This document shows positions 9,201 through 17,198 of a stretch of DNA of 23,892 nucleotides, in pieces. The notes under the pieces are model-generated. The model did no database searches. It was given only the letters and a program-made list of their open reading frames with translations, and had not been told where the DNA came from. The first letter of the stretch is position 1. Each line of letters opens with the position of its first letter. The DNA lies in the NCBI GenBank assembly GCA_034408725.1, contig JAWXCN010000139.1, positions 1 through 23,892 on the forward strand, given 5' to 3'. The translations under genes and the position numbers were made by a program. This DNA is from Candidatus Hydrogenedentota bacterium. Lineage in GTDB: Bacteria > Hydrogenedentota > Hydrogenedentia > Hydrogenedentales > SLHB01.

Positions 9201-9265
9201 TCCGACCCGGTCATGTGTCGGATGATCAGGCTTTCGAGGCCTTTTTCGGTGGTGTCGGTGGGCAT
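6230..9265 (-). CDS. hsdR: Type I restriction enzyme subunit R
   Basis: Nuclease motif DLCAFINGLPVASFELKN; Walker A QHSAGSGKS; IIDEAH; FTATP; FQTGYDQP; QTLSRLNR. 1011 aa. Confidence 0.97.
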   Translation of the reverse strand: MPTDTTEKGLESLIIRHMTGSDGFFSVGTGEVTEGVSSIGGNGWRAGTPTSYDRAYAVDTEQLFAFLQTTQPDEYAKLGNTDYKRHDGIATQKFLARLQGEITRRGVIDVLRRGIKHGPLNFDLFYGTPSPENEKAVERNAANRFTITRQLHYSRDETKRALDLCAFINGLPVASFELKNSLTKQTVEDAIEQYKRDRDPRETLFEFGRCIVHFAVDDQRVAMCTALKGKKGMAKDSWFLPFDKGWNDGAGNPPNPKGIKTDYLWKNILVPEQLTNIIENYAQIVEELDPKTGKTKTEQIFPRYHQLDVVIKLLADVAQHGAGKRYLIQHSAGSGKSNSIAWLAHQLIGLRKGKKEIFDSIIVVTDRRILDKQIRETIKGFAQVGSIIGAVREGGGTSKTEQLSKFLRDGKKLIISTVQTFPYVLDTIGEEHRGQKYAIIIDEAHSSQGGRTASAMSMALSENGAEQEDESTEDYINRIIESRKLLRNASYFAFTATPKNKTLEIFGLAFTEGGEVKHRPFHGYTMKQAIQEGFILDVLQHYTPVESYYRLAKTIQGDPLFDVKKARKKLRRYIEGHKKAIRDKAEIMVDHFHEQVIGQRKIDGQARAMVVTGSIKRAIQYFFAFRAYLAEIKSPYKAIVAFSGQPIYDGEKTSESKLNGFASNDIADKIQEDPYRFLICAEKFQTGYDQPLLHTMYVDKALSNIKAVQTLSRLNRSCPNKHDVFVLDFQNDTDTIEAAFAPYYRTTILSKETDPNKLHELKADLDNHQVYAPEQIEMFVELYFDDAERDQLDPILDACVAIYKTDLDEDGQVDFKGKAKAFTRTYGFLATILPYGIQEWEKLSTFLNFLIPKLPAPDDVDLARGILESIDMDSYRAEKKATIAIALPDADAEIDPVPASGGGRKPEPEMDKLSNIIKAFNEQFGGLFDDPDRMEKRIMNEIPMKVSANQAYQNAKKNSDRQNAKIEHDVALNGVITGLLRDDTQLFKQFKENDSFRRWLTDTIFNMTYQQ

Positions 9266-9291
9266 TATTTTGCTGTCCGGGTACCTTACAT

Positions 9292-9483
9292 CTAATGTTT
9301 CGTATCAACCGCGGCGCTTGGGATATCTATGGGGAATTCCTTGTCCTCATAAGTCTCTATCAGCATCACAAGGAATTCCAGCTCGTCCCCTTCCGGGGTA
9401 TCAAGTTCTGCATCGAAGATTGCGTCCAAGCGCGCGAGTGCAGCTACATGCTCGGCTTCGGTTTTTATGCGTCCTTCTATCAT
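9292..9483 (-). pseudogene. HigA-type antitoxin N-terminal domain only (no HTH)
   Basis: IKTEAEHVAALARLDAIFDA..DTPEGDELEFLVMLIETYEDKEFPID matches the recalled HigA N-terminal pattern. The ORF ends about 10 aa later, and there is no higB nearby. Confidence 0.7.
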
Positions 9484-9552
9484 TTCATGGCGTCCCTGTT
9501 GATTCTATTAATCTGTACGATAGAATACAGAAATAGTGAATTAAGGTACCTG

Positions 9553-10953
9553 CTAGCCCCCAACCTCCGCAAGGTCAGCGTCGTCGAAGTCTTCTATCGG
9601 TTCAATCGCGGAAGTATCGGGGGATTCCGTAGGCAAATCGGGCAATTTCGCCGCCGCCTCGCGCACGTCCAACTTGCCCGTCACGATGTCGGCGGTCAGG
9701 CGGGTGCGGTATTCCTGCATAAAGGCGATTTCGCGTTCGGTGCGAGCGATGGCCATGTCCGTATATCTTGTTTCGAAATTTATGGACGTTACAATTCGCT
9801 GTTGCTCCTCCACTGTCGGAATAGAGATACGAAAGTTTGCGACTATTTCACAATTGAGCGCTTCTTGATTTCCGCCGCGTCCCAACTCTCGAAGATCGCT
9901 ATAGAAGGCCGTAAGGAATGCAAGCAAATATTCACCAATAACCTCACTGCGAGGAATAATTGCGGCAAGATTCTGATTTATGCACGCGTTGATTCCTAAA
10001 AGTGCAGACTTCCCTCTAGTTTTTCCTTGCCCAACCAATCCGACTATGACTGCACCTTTTGGAACGATTGAAATTGAGCATTCCTGTAATGCCTGATCTG
10101 TCACAAACTCGGTCGCAGATTCGACAACATAATCGTTGACTCTTGTGCTGGGCAGCCACGGAATTGTCCCACAATGCCAATAGGAAGGTTTGTTACGGCT
10201 TGGGGTGGAGCCATTGAATATTCTTGAAATTCGTCCTAATCGTTGTACGATCCAGTGCCTCGGAATATCCCCCAGCCAGGGCACGCCGGACGGCTTTAGT
10301 GGAACATCGGGGTTGAGGCCGCGGGTGACGGCGCGGTGGATGATGGCCTGTTTTTGTTCCTTCAGCAGCCCGATCAGTTTTCGTTTGGCGCGGATGAACG
10401 CGTCGATCTTCCAGTTCATGTGGTCGAGAAACCGCACGATGGCGGCTTGTTCGTCGAGCGGCGGGAGCGGTGCTTTGAGACTCGCAAAAATTCCCCGCTG
10501 AATCGTTTTACGAAGCCCTGTGTAGAACGGCTTCATAAGTTTTCCTTCGTCAACGAAGAGATAGTAATGGTAAAGAAATCGTGGGTTGATTAGTCGCCGG
10601 GGAGTGAACACATCGTAAGCGCCTGTGATCATTCCCTTTTGATTCGATATACCAACGGCGCGTGGCGTCTCATCAATATCGAAAAGGCAGAACACAAAGT
10701 CGTTCGGCCTGACTACCTTGTACGTGTTAAATTGTGCTGGGAACTTTCCCTTCGGGTTTTCCATATCGCGTGCAATGATTCCACGCAAGGTCAGTGAAAG
10801 GAGTTTATAGCTGGACGCGTTTTCGCCAACTACCTGCCGTTGTTCCTCCATTAAAGCGCGGTTGGGTGCCATACTCCAATGTTTTGGAATGGCTTCGAGC
10901 CAAGGCAAGCCAGACTCCTTGTATTCCGGATATGGTTTGAGTCCCTCGATCAT
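9553..10953 (-). CDS. hsdS: Type I restriction-modification specificity subunit S (two TRDs)
   Basis: Duplicated conserved blocks SGLPWLEAIPKHW / SGVPWLGDIPRHW and PPLDEQAAIV / PTVEEQQRIV; C-terminal VTGKLDVRE. Confidence 0.96.
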   Translation of the reverse strand: MIEGLKPYPEYKESGLPWLEAIPKHWSMAPNRALMEEQRQVVGENASSYKLLSLTLRGIIARDMENPKGKFPAQFNTYKVVRPNDFVFCLFDIDETPRAVGISNQKGMITGAYDVFTPRRLINPRFLYHYYLFVDEGKLMKPFYTGLRKTIQRGIFASLKAPLPPLDEQAAIVRFLDHMNWKIDAFIRAKRKLIGLLKEQKQAIIHRAVTRGLNPDVPLKPSGVPWLGDIPRHWIVQRLGRISRIFNGSTPSRNKPSYWHCGTIPWLPSTRVNDYVVESATEFVTDQALQECSISIVPKGAVIVGLVGQGKTRGKSALLGINACINQNLAAIIPRSEVIGEYLLAFLTAFYSDLRELGRGGNQEALNCEIVANFRISIPTVEEQQRIVTSINFETRYTDMAIARTEREIAFMQEYRTRLTADIVTGKLDVREAAAKLPDLPTESPDTSAIEPIEDFDDADLAEVGG

Positions 10954-10964
10954 GCGCGGGCTCT

Positions 10965-12041
10965 TTATGTTTTCTTCGTCGTGCGCGGTGTCGGAAGCGC
11001 CTTGTCATCTTCCGACGGTGCAAGCAACTGATAGAACTCGTGGAGCTTGGCGCGTAACAGTTTTTTATCCGGCAACTGCGTTTCGTATTCCGCGATCATG
11101 GCCGGGGACAGCGAGCGGCTTAATGCGTATTCGACGACTTCGCTGTCTTTGGTCGCGCAGAGGAGCAGGCCGATGGCGGGATTTTCGTGCGGCTTCCGGT
11201 AATGGCGGTCAAGGGCTTCGAGATAGAAATTGAGTTGGCCGAGATGGGCCGGTTCGAAGCGTGCCGCCTTGAGTTCGATGGCGACTAGGCAGTTCAGCCC
11301 GCGATGGAAAAACAGCAGGTCAAGCGCGAAATCCTGTCCGCCGACCTGGATGGGATATTCCGAGCCGATATAGCAGAAGTCGCGGCCCAGTTCCGTCAGG
11401 AACCGGCCGAGATTGCGGATCAGTGCGCCGTGCAGATCGGACTCGGAATGGACATCGGAAATGCCCAAAAATTCGAGGACATAGGCGTCTTTGAAGACAT
11501 TCAGGGCCTCGGGGTGCAATTGTCTCACCGGTGGCGAGACTTTTGGCGGATTGAGGACGGTGCGCTCAAAACGAGCGCTTCGAAATTGTCGCTCCAGTTC
11601 GCGACTGGACCATCTTTCGTGTATGGCCAGCCGGATATAGAACTCGCGTTCTTCGTCCCTTTTTGCATAGCCCAAGATGAGCATATGGTGCGTCCACGGC
11701 AATTGTCTCAGCAGTGCCGAGACAATTGGGTTGCCGCGGTACGTCTCATAGAACTGCCGCATTCTGAACAGGTTAGGACGGGTAAAACCCCGAAGTCCCG
11801 GCTGGGTTTTCGCGATGTATCGGGCGAGATGTTCGATAACGCCATCTCCCCATTCAGCAGACTCGATCTTGCGGCTGATGTATTCGCCGACCTGCCAATA
11901 GAGCGTCACCAGTTCGGAATTGACGGCTTGAAAGGTGCGCTCCCGGGCCGACTGGATGAGGTCCAGCACTTCGGTGAACGCGCCGTCTAGGGGGACTGCT
12001 ACGGTGGCGGTTTTCCGCTTGGCGACGGCCTTTTTTTTCAT
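10965..12041 (-). CDS. DUF1016/YhcG family PD-(D/E)XK nuclease-like protein
   Basis: Motifs VNSELVTLYWQVG, WGDGVI, LPWTHH, WSSRELERQ, FKDAYVLEFL, FLTELG, DLLFFHRGLNCLVAIELK and GQLNFYL. ATGA overlap with the hsdM stop. Confidence 0.93.
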   Translation of the reverse strand: MKKKAVAKRKTATVAVPLDGAFTEVLDLIQSARERTFQAVNSELVTLYWQVGEYISRKIESAEWGDGVIEHLARYIAKTQPGLRGFTRPNLFRMRQFYETYRGNPIVSALLRQLPWTHHMLILGYAKRDEEREFYIRLAIHERWSSRELERQFRSARFERTVLNPPKVSPPVRQLHPEALNVFKDAYVLEFLGISDVHSESDLHGALIRNLGRFLTELGRDFCYIGSEYPIQVGGQDFALDLLFFHRGLNCLVAIELKAARFEPAHLGQLNFYLEALDRHYRKPHENPAIGLLLCATKDSEVVEYALSRSLSPAMIAEYETQLPDKKLLRAKLHEFYQLLAPSEDDKALPTPRTTKKT

Positions 12042-14368
12042 GCCGTAGCGCCTTTGGTAATTTCGGAGAGGAGCCCTTCCGTTTCCTGTTCGAGCGCGAG
12101 AATGTCAGCGCTGATTTCGGCGAGGGTGCGAAGTTTTGGTGGTTTGTAGAAGTGGCGCGTGAAGCTGATTTCATAGCCGATCTTGGTGTCGGCTTCGACG
12201 ATCCACGCGTCGGGCGTGTAGGGCAGCACTTCGCGGCGGATAAACGCCTCGATGCCGCCGGGTTCGAGCAAGGGAATCTGTTCGTAGTCGCGGAGTTCGC
12301 TGTCGGGCTCGTATTCGACGATGCATTTCTTTCCATCGTGCTTCGCTTCATAACGCCCGTAAAGTGGATTGAGTGCCGCCTTGCCGGGTTTGTGCACCTT
12401 CTTGATGACCGGCGCGGCATTCTCATCACGCCAACTGACCGCATTGACGATGCAATTAAGTTCGGAAGCATTCAACTTGAGCTTGAGCTTCACCAAAGCG
12501 GCATCGACCTGTTCGAGGAACACGCTGAGATCGTCGAACAATCCGTCCCCCAGTTCCGCGCGCAGTTTAGTGGCAACGTCAACGAGCATGGCGTCGCGTT
12601 TCCAGGTATCTTCGTTGAGCAGCTTCTTTTTCTTTTTTTCCGGCAGGCTCTTCCGTGGAGTTTCTGCTTCAGCATCTTCGCTTTCGTCGTCCGTGTCATT
12701 CGCGCCCCAATCATTAACCATCTGCTCCAGGTTTTTGCGTACGGAGGCGGGATTCTCTAAAACGGCTTCCCCAAGTTCGTCGTAGATCGCCGCGCGAACA
12801 TCTTCGTCGCCGGACGCAAAACGCAATGTCTCAATACGCAATGTCGTGAGTTGACTGTGCAGGCGCAAAGGCCGTTCGACTTTTGCTTTCCAGTAGCCGA
12901 AAGCGGCGTTGGGAAAGATTTTGGACTGCTCGGTTTCTTCGAATACGAGGAAGGTCTCGCAAACGCGCTTGATGTCTTCCGGCGAAAGTTCGCAGTTCTT
13001 CTTGCCCATGTTCTTGCGTAGGGGACGGTACCACTGCGTAGCGTCGATGAGTTGGACCTTGCCTTTGCGGTGCTCGGGTTTCCGGTTCGTGATAACCCAG
13101 ACGTATGTGGCGATGCCGGTGTTGTAGAACATATTCAACGGCAGCGCGACAATGGCCTCGAGCCAGTCGCTTTCGATGATCCAACGCCGGATATTGCTTT
13201 CGCCCTGCCCCGCGTCGCCCGTGAACAGTGAGGAACCGTTGTGTACTTCGGCGATGCGACTCCCGAAGGGCGTGTCGTGCTTCATCTTGCTGAGCATGTT
13301 GGCGAGAAACATCATCTGGCCGTCGCTGGATCGGGTAATGAGCGAATATTCGGGATCGCCGTCATGCTGGATCACGAAGCGCGGGTCGCTCACGTCCTTC
13401 TTGCCGCCCATGCGTTCGAGATCGCCTTTCCAGCTTTTGCCGTAGGGCGGATTCGAAAGCATGAAATCGAACTCTTTCGACCGGAAGGCGTCGTTGGCAA
13501 GCGTCGAATGTTCCGGGCCGCCTACAATGTTGTCGGCCGCGTTGCCTTCGCCCTTGAGCAGGAGATCGGCTTTGCAAATCGCATACGTTTCGCCATTGAT
13601 TTCCTGACCAAACAGGTGAGTGGAAACGTCTTTGCCGTGCGCGCTGGCGATTTCCCGAAGTGTTTCCTCCGCCACGGTGAGCATTCCACCGGTGCCGCAG
13701 GCGCAGTCGTAGAGCAGATACGTGCCTGACTCGATCTTTTCAGCAACAGGAAGAAACATGAGATTTGCCATGAGACGCACCGCATCGCGCGGCGTCCAGT
13801 GTTCCCCCGCCTCTTCGTTGTTGTCCTCATTGAATCGGCGGACGAGTTCCTCGAACATCGTGCCCATTGAATGGTTATCGAGTCCGGGCAGATTGCCGGC
13901 GGGATATGGGCTGAGGTTGATGTCCTTGTCGAGAAATTTTTCGATGAGCTGTCCAAGCGCGTCCGCCTTGGAAAGTCGCGGAATCTGGTGCCGAAACTCG
14001 AAGTTGATCAGGATGTCCTGCACATTTGGCGAAAATCCGTTCAGATACGCTTCGAAATCATCCCGAAGCTTTTGCTGCGTTGCGCGAGAAGACAAATTCC
14101 GGAGTCGGAACGGCGACGTGTTGTAGAAGGCCTGGCCCGCGGCATCGCGGAGGGCGTCGTCCTGGTTGGTTATTTTTTCCCGGTCGAGCAAGGTCTTCGT
14201 GTCGAGTACTTGCTGTTTTGTGGGTTCCAACACTGCGTCAAGGCGGCGAATGACGGTCATGGGCAGGATAACGTCGCGATACTTACCCCGGACAAATACG
14301 TCGCGGAGAACATCATCGGCTATATTCCAGATAAAATTGGTCAACCAATTGACTTGGGATTGCTCCAT
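12038..14368 (-). CDS. hsdM: Type I restriction-modification N6-adenine methyltransferase subunit M
   Basis: FIWNIADDVLR N-terminus; GEHWTPR; YDCACGTGGML SAM motif; SNPPYG catalytic motif; MFYNTGIATY. AAGGTGG SD. Confidence 0.97.
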   Translation of the reverse strand: MEQSQVNWLTNFIWNIADDVLRDVFVRGKYRDVILPMTVIRRLDAVLEPTKQQVLDTKTLLDREKITNQDDALRDAAGQAFYNTSPFRLRNLSSRATQQKLRDDFEAYLNGFSPNVQDILINFEFRHQIPRLSKADALGQLIEKFLDKDINLSPYPAGNLPGLDNHSMGTMFEELVRRFNEDNNEEAGEHWTPRDAVRLMANLMFLPVAEKIESGTYLLYDCACGTGGMLTVAEETLREIASAHGKDVSTHLFGQEINGETYAICKADLLLKGEGNAADNIVGGPEHSTLANDAFRSKEFDFMLSNPPYGKSWKGDLERMGGKKDVSDPRFVIQHDGDPEYSLITRSSDGQMMFLANMLSKMKHDTPFGSRIAEVHNGSSLFTGDAGQGESNIRRWIIESDWLEAIVALPLNMFYNTGIATYVWVITNRKPEHRKGKVQLIDATQWYRPLRKNMGKKNCELSPEDIKRVCETFLVFEETEQSKIFPNAAFGYWKAKVERPLRLHSQLTTLRIETLRFASGDEDVRAAIYDELGEAVLENPASVRKNLEQMVNDWGANDTDDESEDAEAETPRKSLPEKKKKKLLNEDTWKRDAMLVDVATKLRAELGDGLFDDLSVFLEQVDAALVKLKLKLNASELNCIVNAVSWRDENAAPVIKKVHKPGKAALNPLYGRYEAKHDGKKCIVEYEPDSELRDYEQIPLLEPGGIEAFIRREVLPYTPDAWIVEADTKIGYEISFTRHFYKPPKLRTLAEISADILALEQETEGLLSEITKGATA

Positions 14369-14706
14369 GAACCACCTTTTCTGTTTCGTTGCGCGCTAGA
14401 TACCAATCGCGCAAGAATCCCCCTGATCCCAAGAACGGAGTATATTACAGCGAGCGCGTCCAAATCAGGTTGTCTCATACCGCGCAATGATGTATGGCCA
14501 TCATTTACACAAAATCCGTCAATCGAATCCCCCTCTGCTCCCCGTGTCCCCCGTGGTCGAGTTCCGGTTCCCAGGCCACCGCATCGACAACGAGCAATCG
14601 AGACATCACCCCCCCGTGCAACGTGGTGGGCTGAGTATTAAGAACCGGAATGTGTTCACAGATTCGCACAGATTATTGCAACGAAGTTTCGCGGAGGCGC
14701 CTCCCC

Positions 14707-14754
14707 GTTGTGGCCGGTCTCCGACCGCGCCACGCGCCCGACCGTAAGGTCTCC
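14707..14754. repeat. REP-like double hairpin
   Basis: GTGGC-CGGTC-tcc-GACCG-c-GCCAC followed by GACC-gtaa-GGTC-tcc; preceded by the perfect palindrome GGAGGCGCCTCC (14693-14704). Confidence 0.6.
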
Positions 14755-14811
14755 ACCAGTCCTGATCCGCGGTGGATTAGCGCCAAATCCTTCTTGGGTC
14801 GCGCCTATGTG

Positions 14812-15323
14812 GATCACCCCCCCCTTGATTCGTCAAATAAAAAATGTCAGACACCCCCCTCAATTCGCGCAGTTGAACCACCGATGAATTGGATGAACAC
14901 CGATGAGTACGGGACGAATTTTCGCCAGAGTGGTGGCGGCAATTCCCCCCTTCGTATTCCAAAGCGTAACTGCCAGCGTTCGAGTGCAACATGCCGGGCC
15001 AATAAGTAAGGTTCACCTGCGTGCGCTCCCCGTACGCATCGGCGTTATTCGATCGTTATCGGTGGTTAAACTCCATGCCAACGCAATATGTCCGGCCCTA
15101 AATCTGTACTCACCCTCAAAAATTTGAATCGCTGTCGCGATTTTCCAGCGTTAATCTGTGGCATCGGTGAAATCTGTGGTTGAATTCTCTTTGCACCCTT
15201 TTGTGTCTGGTTTGGTTACGGCTGCGCCGCGCCGTGTCATCTGTGAACACTCCCCGTGTTCATCCGCAAAAATCCGCGCCATCCGCGGACGCTCCCCGAT
15301 CACCCCCCCTTGTTTCGTCAAAT
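14812..15323. repeat. Pair of ~27-bp direct repeats GATCA-C7/8-TTG(A/T)TTCGTCAAAT
   Basis: Copies at 14812-14838 and 15298-15323 differ by one C and one substitution. Confidence 0.75.
14871..15072. mobile_element. MITE/REPIN-like element with ~43-bp imperfect terminal inverted repeats
   Basis: Left arm 14871-14913, reverse complemented, reads cccgtactcatcggtgttcatccaattcatcggtggttcaact. Right arm 15029-15072 reads cccgtacgcatcggcgttattcgatcgttatcggtggttaaact. Mobility is inferred only. Confidence 0.45.
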
Positions 15324-15362
15324 TTACTGCTCCCCTGCGTGGTTTGGGAGTTGTGAGGAAAA

Positions 15363-15392
15363 ACGATTACGATGACGAGCACGAGCACGAAA
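15363..15392. repeat. Imperfect hexamer repeat ACGANN x5
   Basis: ACGATT ACGATG ACGAGC ACGAGC ACGAAA. Confidence 0.7.
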
Positions 15393-15449
15393 TTAAGAAC
15401 GAGGATGAAGGCATTAGCACGAATATGAGAACAACGGTTGGGGGACTGA

Positions 15450-16163
15450 ATGTTGCAGCGTCCTGAAGCTATTTTGTTTGATATGGGTGGAGTGTTACTT
15501 GAATCCGCGGATATGTGGACGGAGCCGGGTTTTGCGAAGTCTTATTTGAACGGGTTGCCGGAGGGCGTGACGAAGTCGTGGTACATGGAGATGTCGAACG
15601 CGATACTTTCCGCGTATGACGTTTTGCCGGCGCCGAGGCCGGCGATGGACTGTCGGCCGCTGATTGCGGAGTGGTTGCCGAAGGCTGGAATTGACGCGAC
15701 CAGCGACGCGATCGAACATTGGTACGGCGTGTTGGGATTGTGGGAAGTGCGGCCGTTGTACCCTTTCGTGCGGGATGCCTTGCGCGAAATCCGGGACATG
15801 GGTTTCCGCATTGGGTTGATCTCGAACACACTTCTGGTCAGCCCCTATCATCGCACGCTGTTTCACGAGGGCGGGATACTCGATTTGTTCGAGTTCATGG
15901 TGTTCTCCGCGGAGTTTGGCGCGAACAAACCGGACCCGGCGATTTTCAGGCATGCGCTCGGCGCGATGAATCTCGATCCGCGAAACGCGTGGTATGTGGG
16001 GGACAAACCGCATCGGGACGTATGCGGCGCGCACAGTGTCGGAATGACTGCGGTGCTGGTGGATGGGCCATATGAACATCGCACGCGGGACAGTGCTGCG
16101 TGCGTGCCGGACCTTCGCGTAAAAGACATCAGCGCGTTGCCGGAGGTGCTCCGGGGGCTATGA
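15450..16163 (+). CDS. HAD-superfamily hydrolase (subfamily IA)
   Basis: Motif I ILFDMGGVL, II LISN, III KPDPAIF, IV YVGDKPHRDVCGA. GGGGA SD. Confidence 0.93.
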   Translation: MLQRPEAILFDMGGVLLESADMWTEPGFAKSYLNGLPEGVTKSWYMEMSNAILSAYDVLPAPRPAMDCRPLIAEWLPKAGIDATSDAIEHWYGVLGLWEVRPLYPFVRDALREIRDMGFRIGLISNTLLVSPYHRTLFHEGGILDLFEFMVFSAEFGANKPDPAIFRHALGAMNLDPRNAWYVGDKPHRDVCGAHSVGMTAVLVDGPYEHRTRDSAACVPDLRVKDISALPEVLRGL

Positions 16164-17198
16164 CATCCCCTGTTTTGGAAGGCGCACAATGAACGACGCG
16201 CCGCCTTCGGGGCGGTTGTCGTAGGAGACCAGCCCGCCGTGGGCGGTGATGATGCGGTGGGCAATGGTGAGGCCCAATCCGGTGCCGCCTTCCTTTGTGG
16301 TGAAGAACGGCGCGAACAAATCTTCGCCGGGCCGCAGGTTGATGCCAGGTCCGTTGTCGAGCACTTCGAACACAATCTTGTCGCCGTCGTTTGATGCGCG
16401 CAGGCTGACCTTGCCGCCGGCGGGCACGGCGTCGATCGCGTTGTTCACGATATTGGAGAGGGCTTGCGCGACGCGAAGCAGGTCGGCGCGGATTGCCGGC
16501 GCGGGCTCGAACGACGACGACTCGATTTCAATGCTGTTGTGTTCGGCTTTGCGTCTGCACAGTTGCACCGTGCGATCCACGATGTCGGTTGGCGAACAGT
16601 TTGCCATCTGAAGTTCGAAGGGGCGCGCGAACCCGAGGAACTGCGAAATAGATCGTTCCAGTTCGCGGGCTTCGCGCAATATGGTTTGGGCGGCGTCGTG
16701 TTTGCCGTCACCGGGTTCGAGTTTTCGGATGAGCAATTCGGCCAAGCCGCTAATGACGCTGACGGGATTGCGCAGTTCGTGGACCACGCCCGCGGTGAGT
16801 TCGCCGAGCGCGGCAAGTTGGCGGTTCAGTTCCGCGCTGCGTTCAAGCCGGAGGCGCTCGGTCATGTCCGTGAACAGTACGACGACTCCATCAAAAGGAG
16901 TTGGCCCGCGATGCAGTGCTGCCGACAATCCAATCTGCTTCACTTCGCCACCGGGACAATTCAGCATAATCTCGTGGCGCGAGACGGTCTGGCCTTTGCG
17001 CATGATTTCTTCCAGCAGGTTCGCGAGAGGTTCCGCGTGTGGGATGTCCGCGAGCCGGACGCCTGCGTTCAATGCGCCTTGGTTGGCGCCGAGGAATTCG
17101 CAAGCGGCGGCGTTGACCGTGATGATGGCGCCCGCCCGGTCTACCGCGATAACTCCGCTGGAAAGGCTCTGGATAATCTCTTCGTTCAAATCACGCAT
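16158..17198 (-). CDS. Cytoplasmic PAS-domain sensor histidine kinase (NtrB/PilS-like)
   Basis: N-terminal PAS; H box VVHELRNP; N box NIVNNAIDA; DNGPGI; FAPFFTTK; GTGLGL. No TM segment. Confidence 0.93.
   Translation of the reverse strand: MRDLNEEIIQSLSSGVIAVDRAGAIITVNAAACEFLGANQGALNAGVRLADIPHAEPLANLLEEIMRKGQTVSRHEIMLNCPGGEVKQIGLSAALHRGPTPFDGVVVLFTDMTERLRLERSAELNRQLAALGELTAGVVHELRNPVSVISGLAELLIRKLEPGDGKHDAAQTILREARELERSISQFLGFARPFELQMANCSPTDIVDRTVQLCRRKAEHNSIEIESSSFEPAPAIRADLLRVAQALSNIVNNAIDAVPAGGKVSLRASNDGDKIVFEVLDNGPGINLRPGEDLFAPFFTTKEGGTGLGLTIAHRIITAHGGLVSYDNRPEGGASFIVRLPKQGMS

Noticed and set aside
12031..12038. A8 tract at the start of DUF1016 as a phase-variation switch
   Set aside because: Short, in frame and encoding a Lys run; no evidence of length variation.
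7253..14641. Long plus-strand ORFs (e.g. 7931..9079, 9295..9999, 11304..11990, 13871..14641)
   Set aside because: Antisense to hsdR, hsdS, DUF1016 or hsdM, with no recognisable motifs; expected in high-GC coding DNA.
14487..15466. Short ORFs in the hsdM-HAD gap
   Set aside because: They translate repeat motifs (e.g. DYDDEHEHE, SVKSVV) and lack family motifs.
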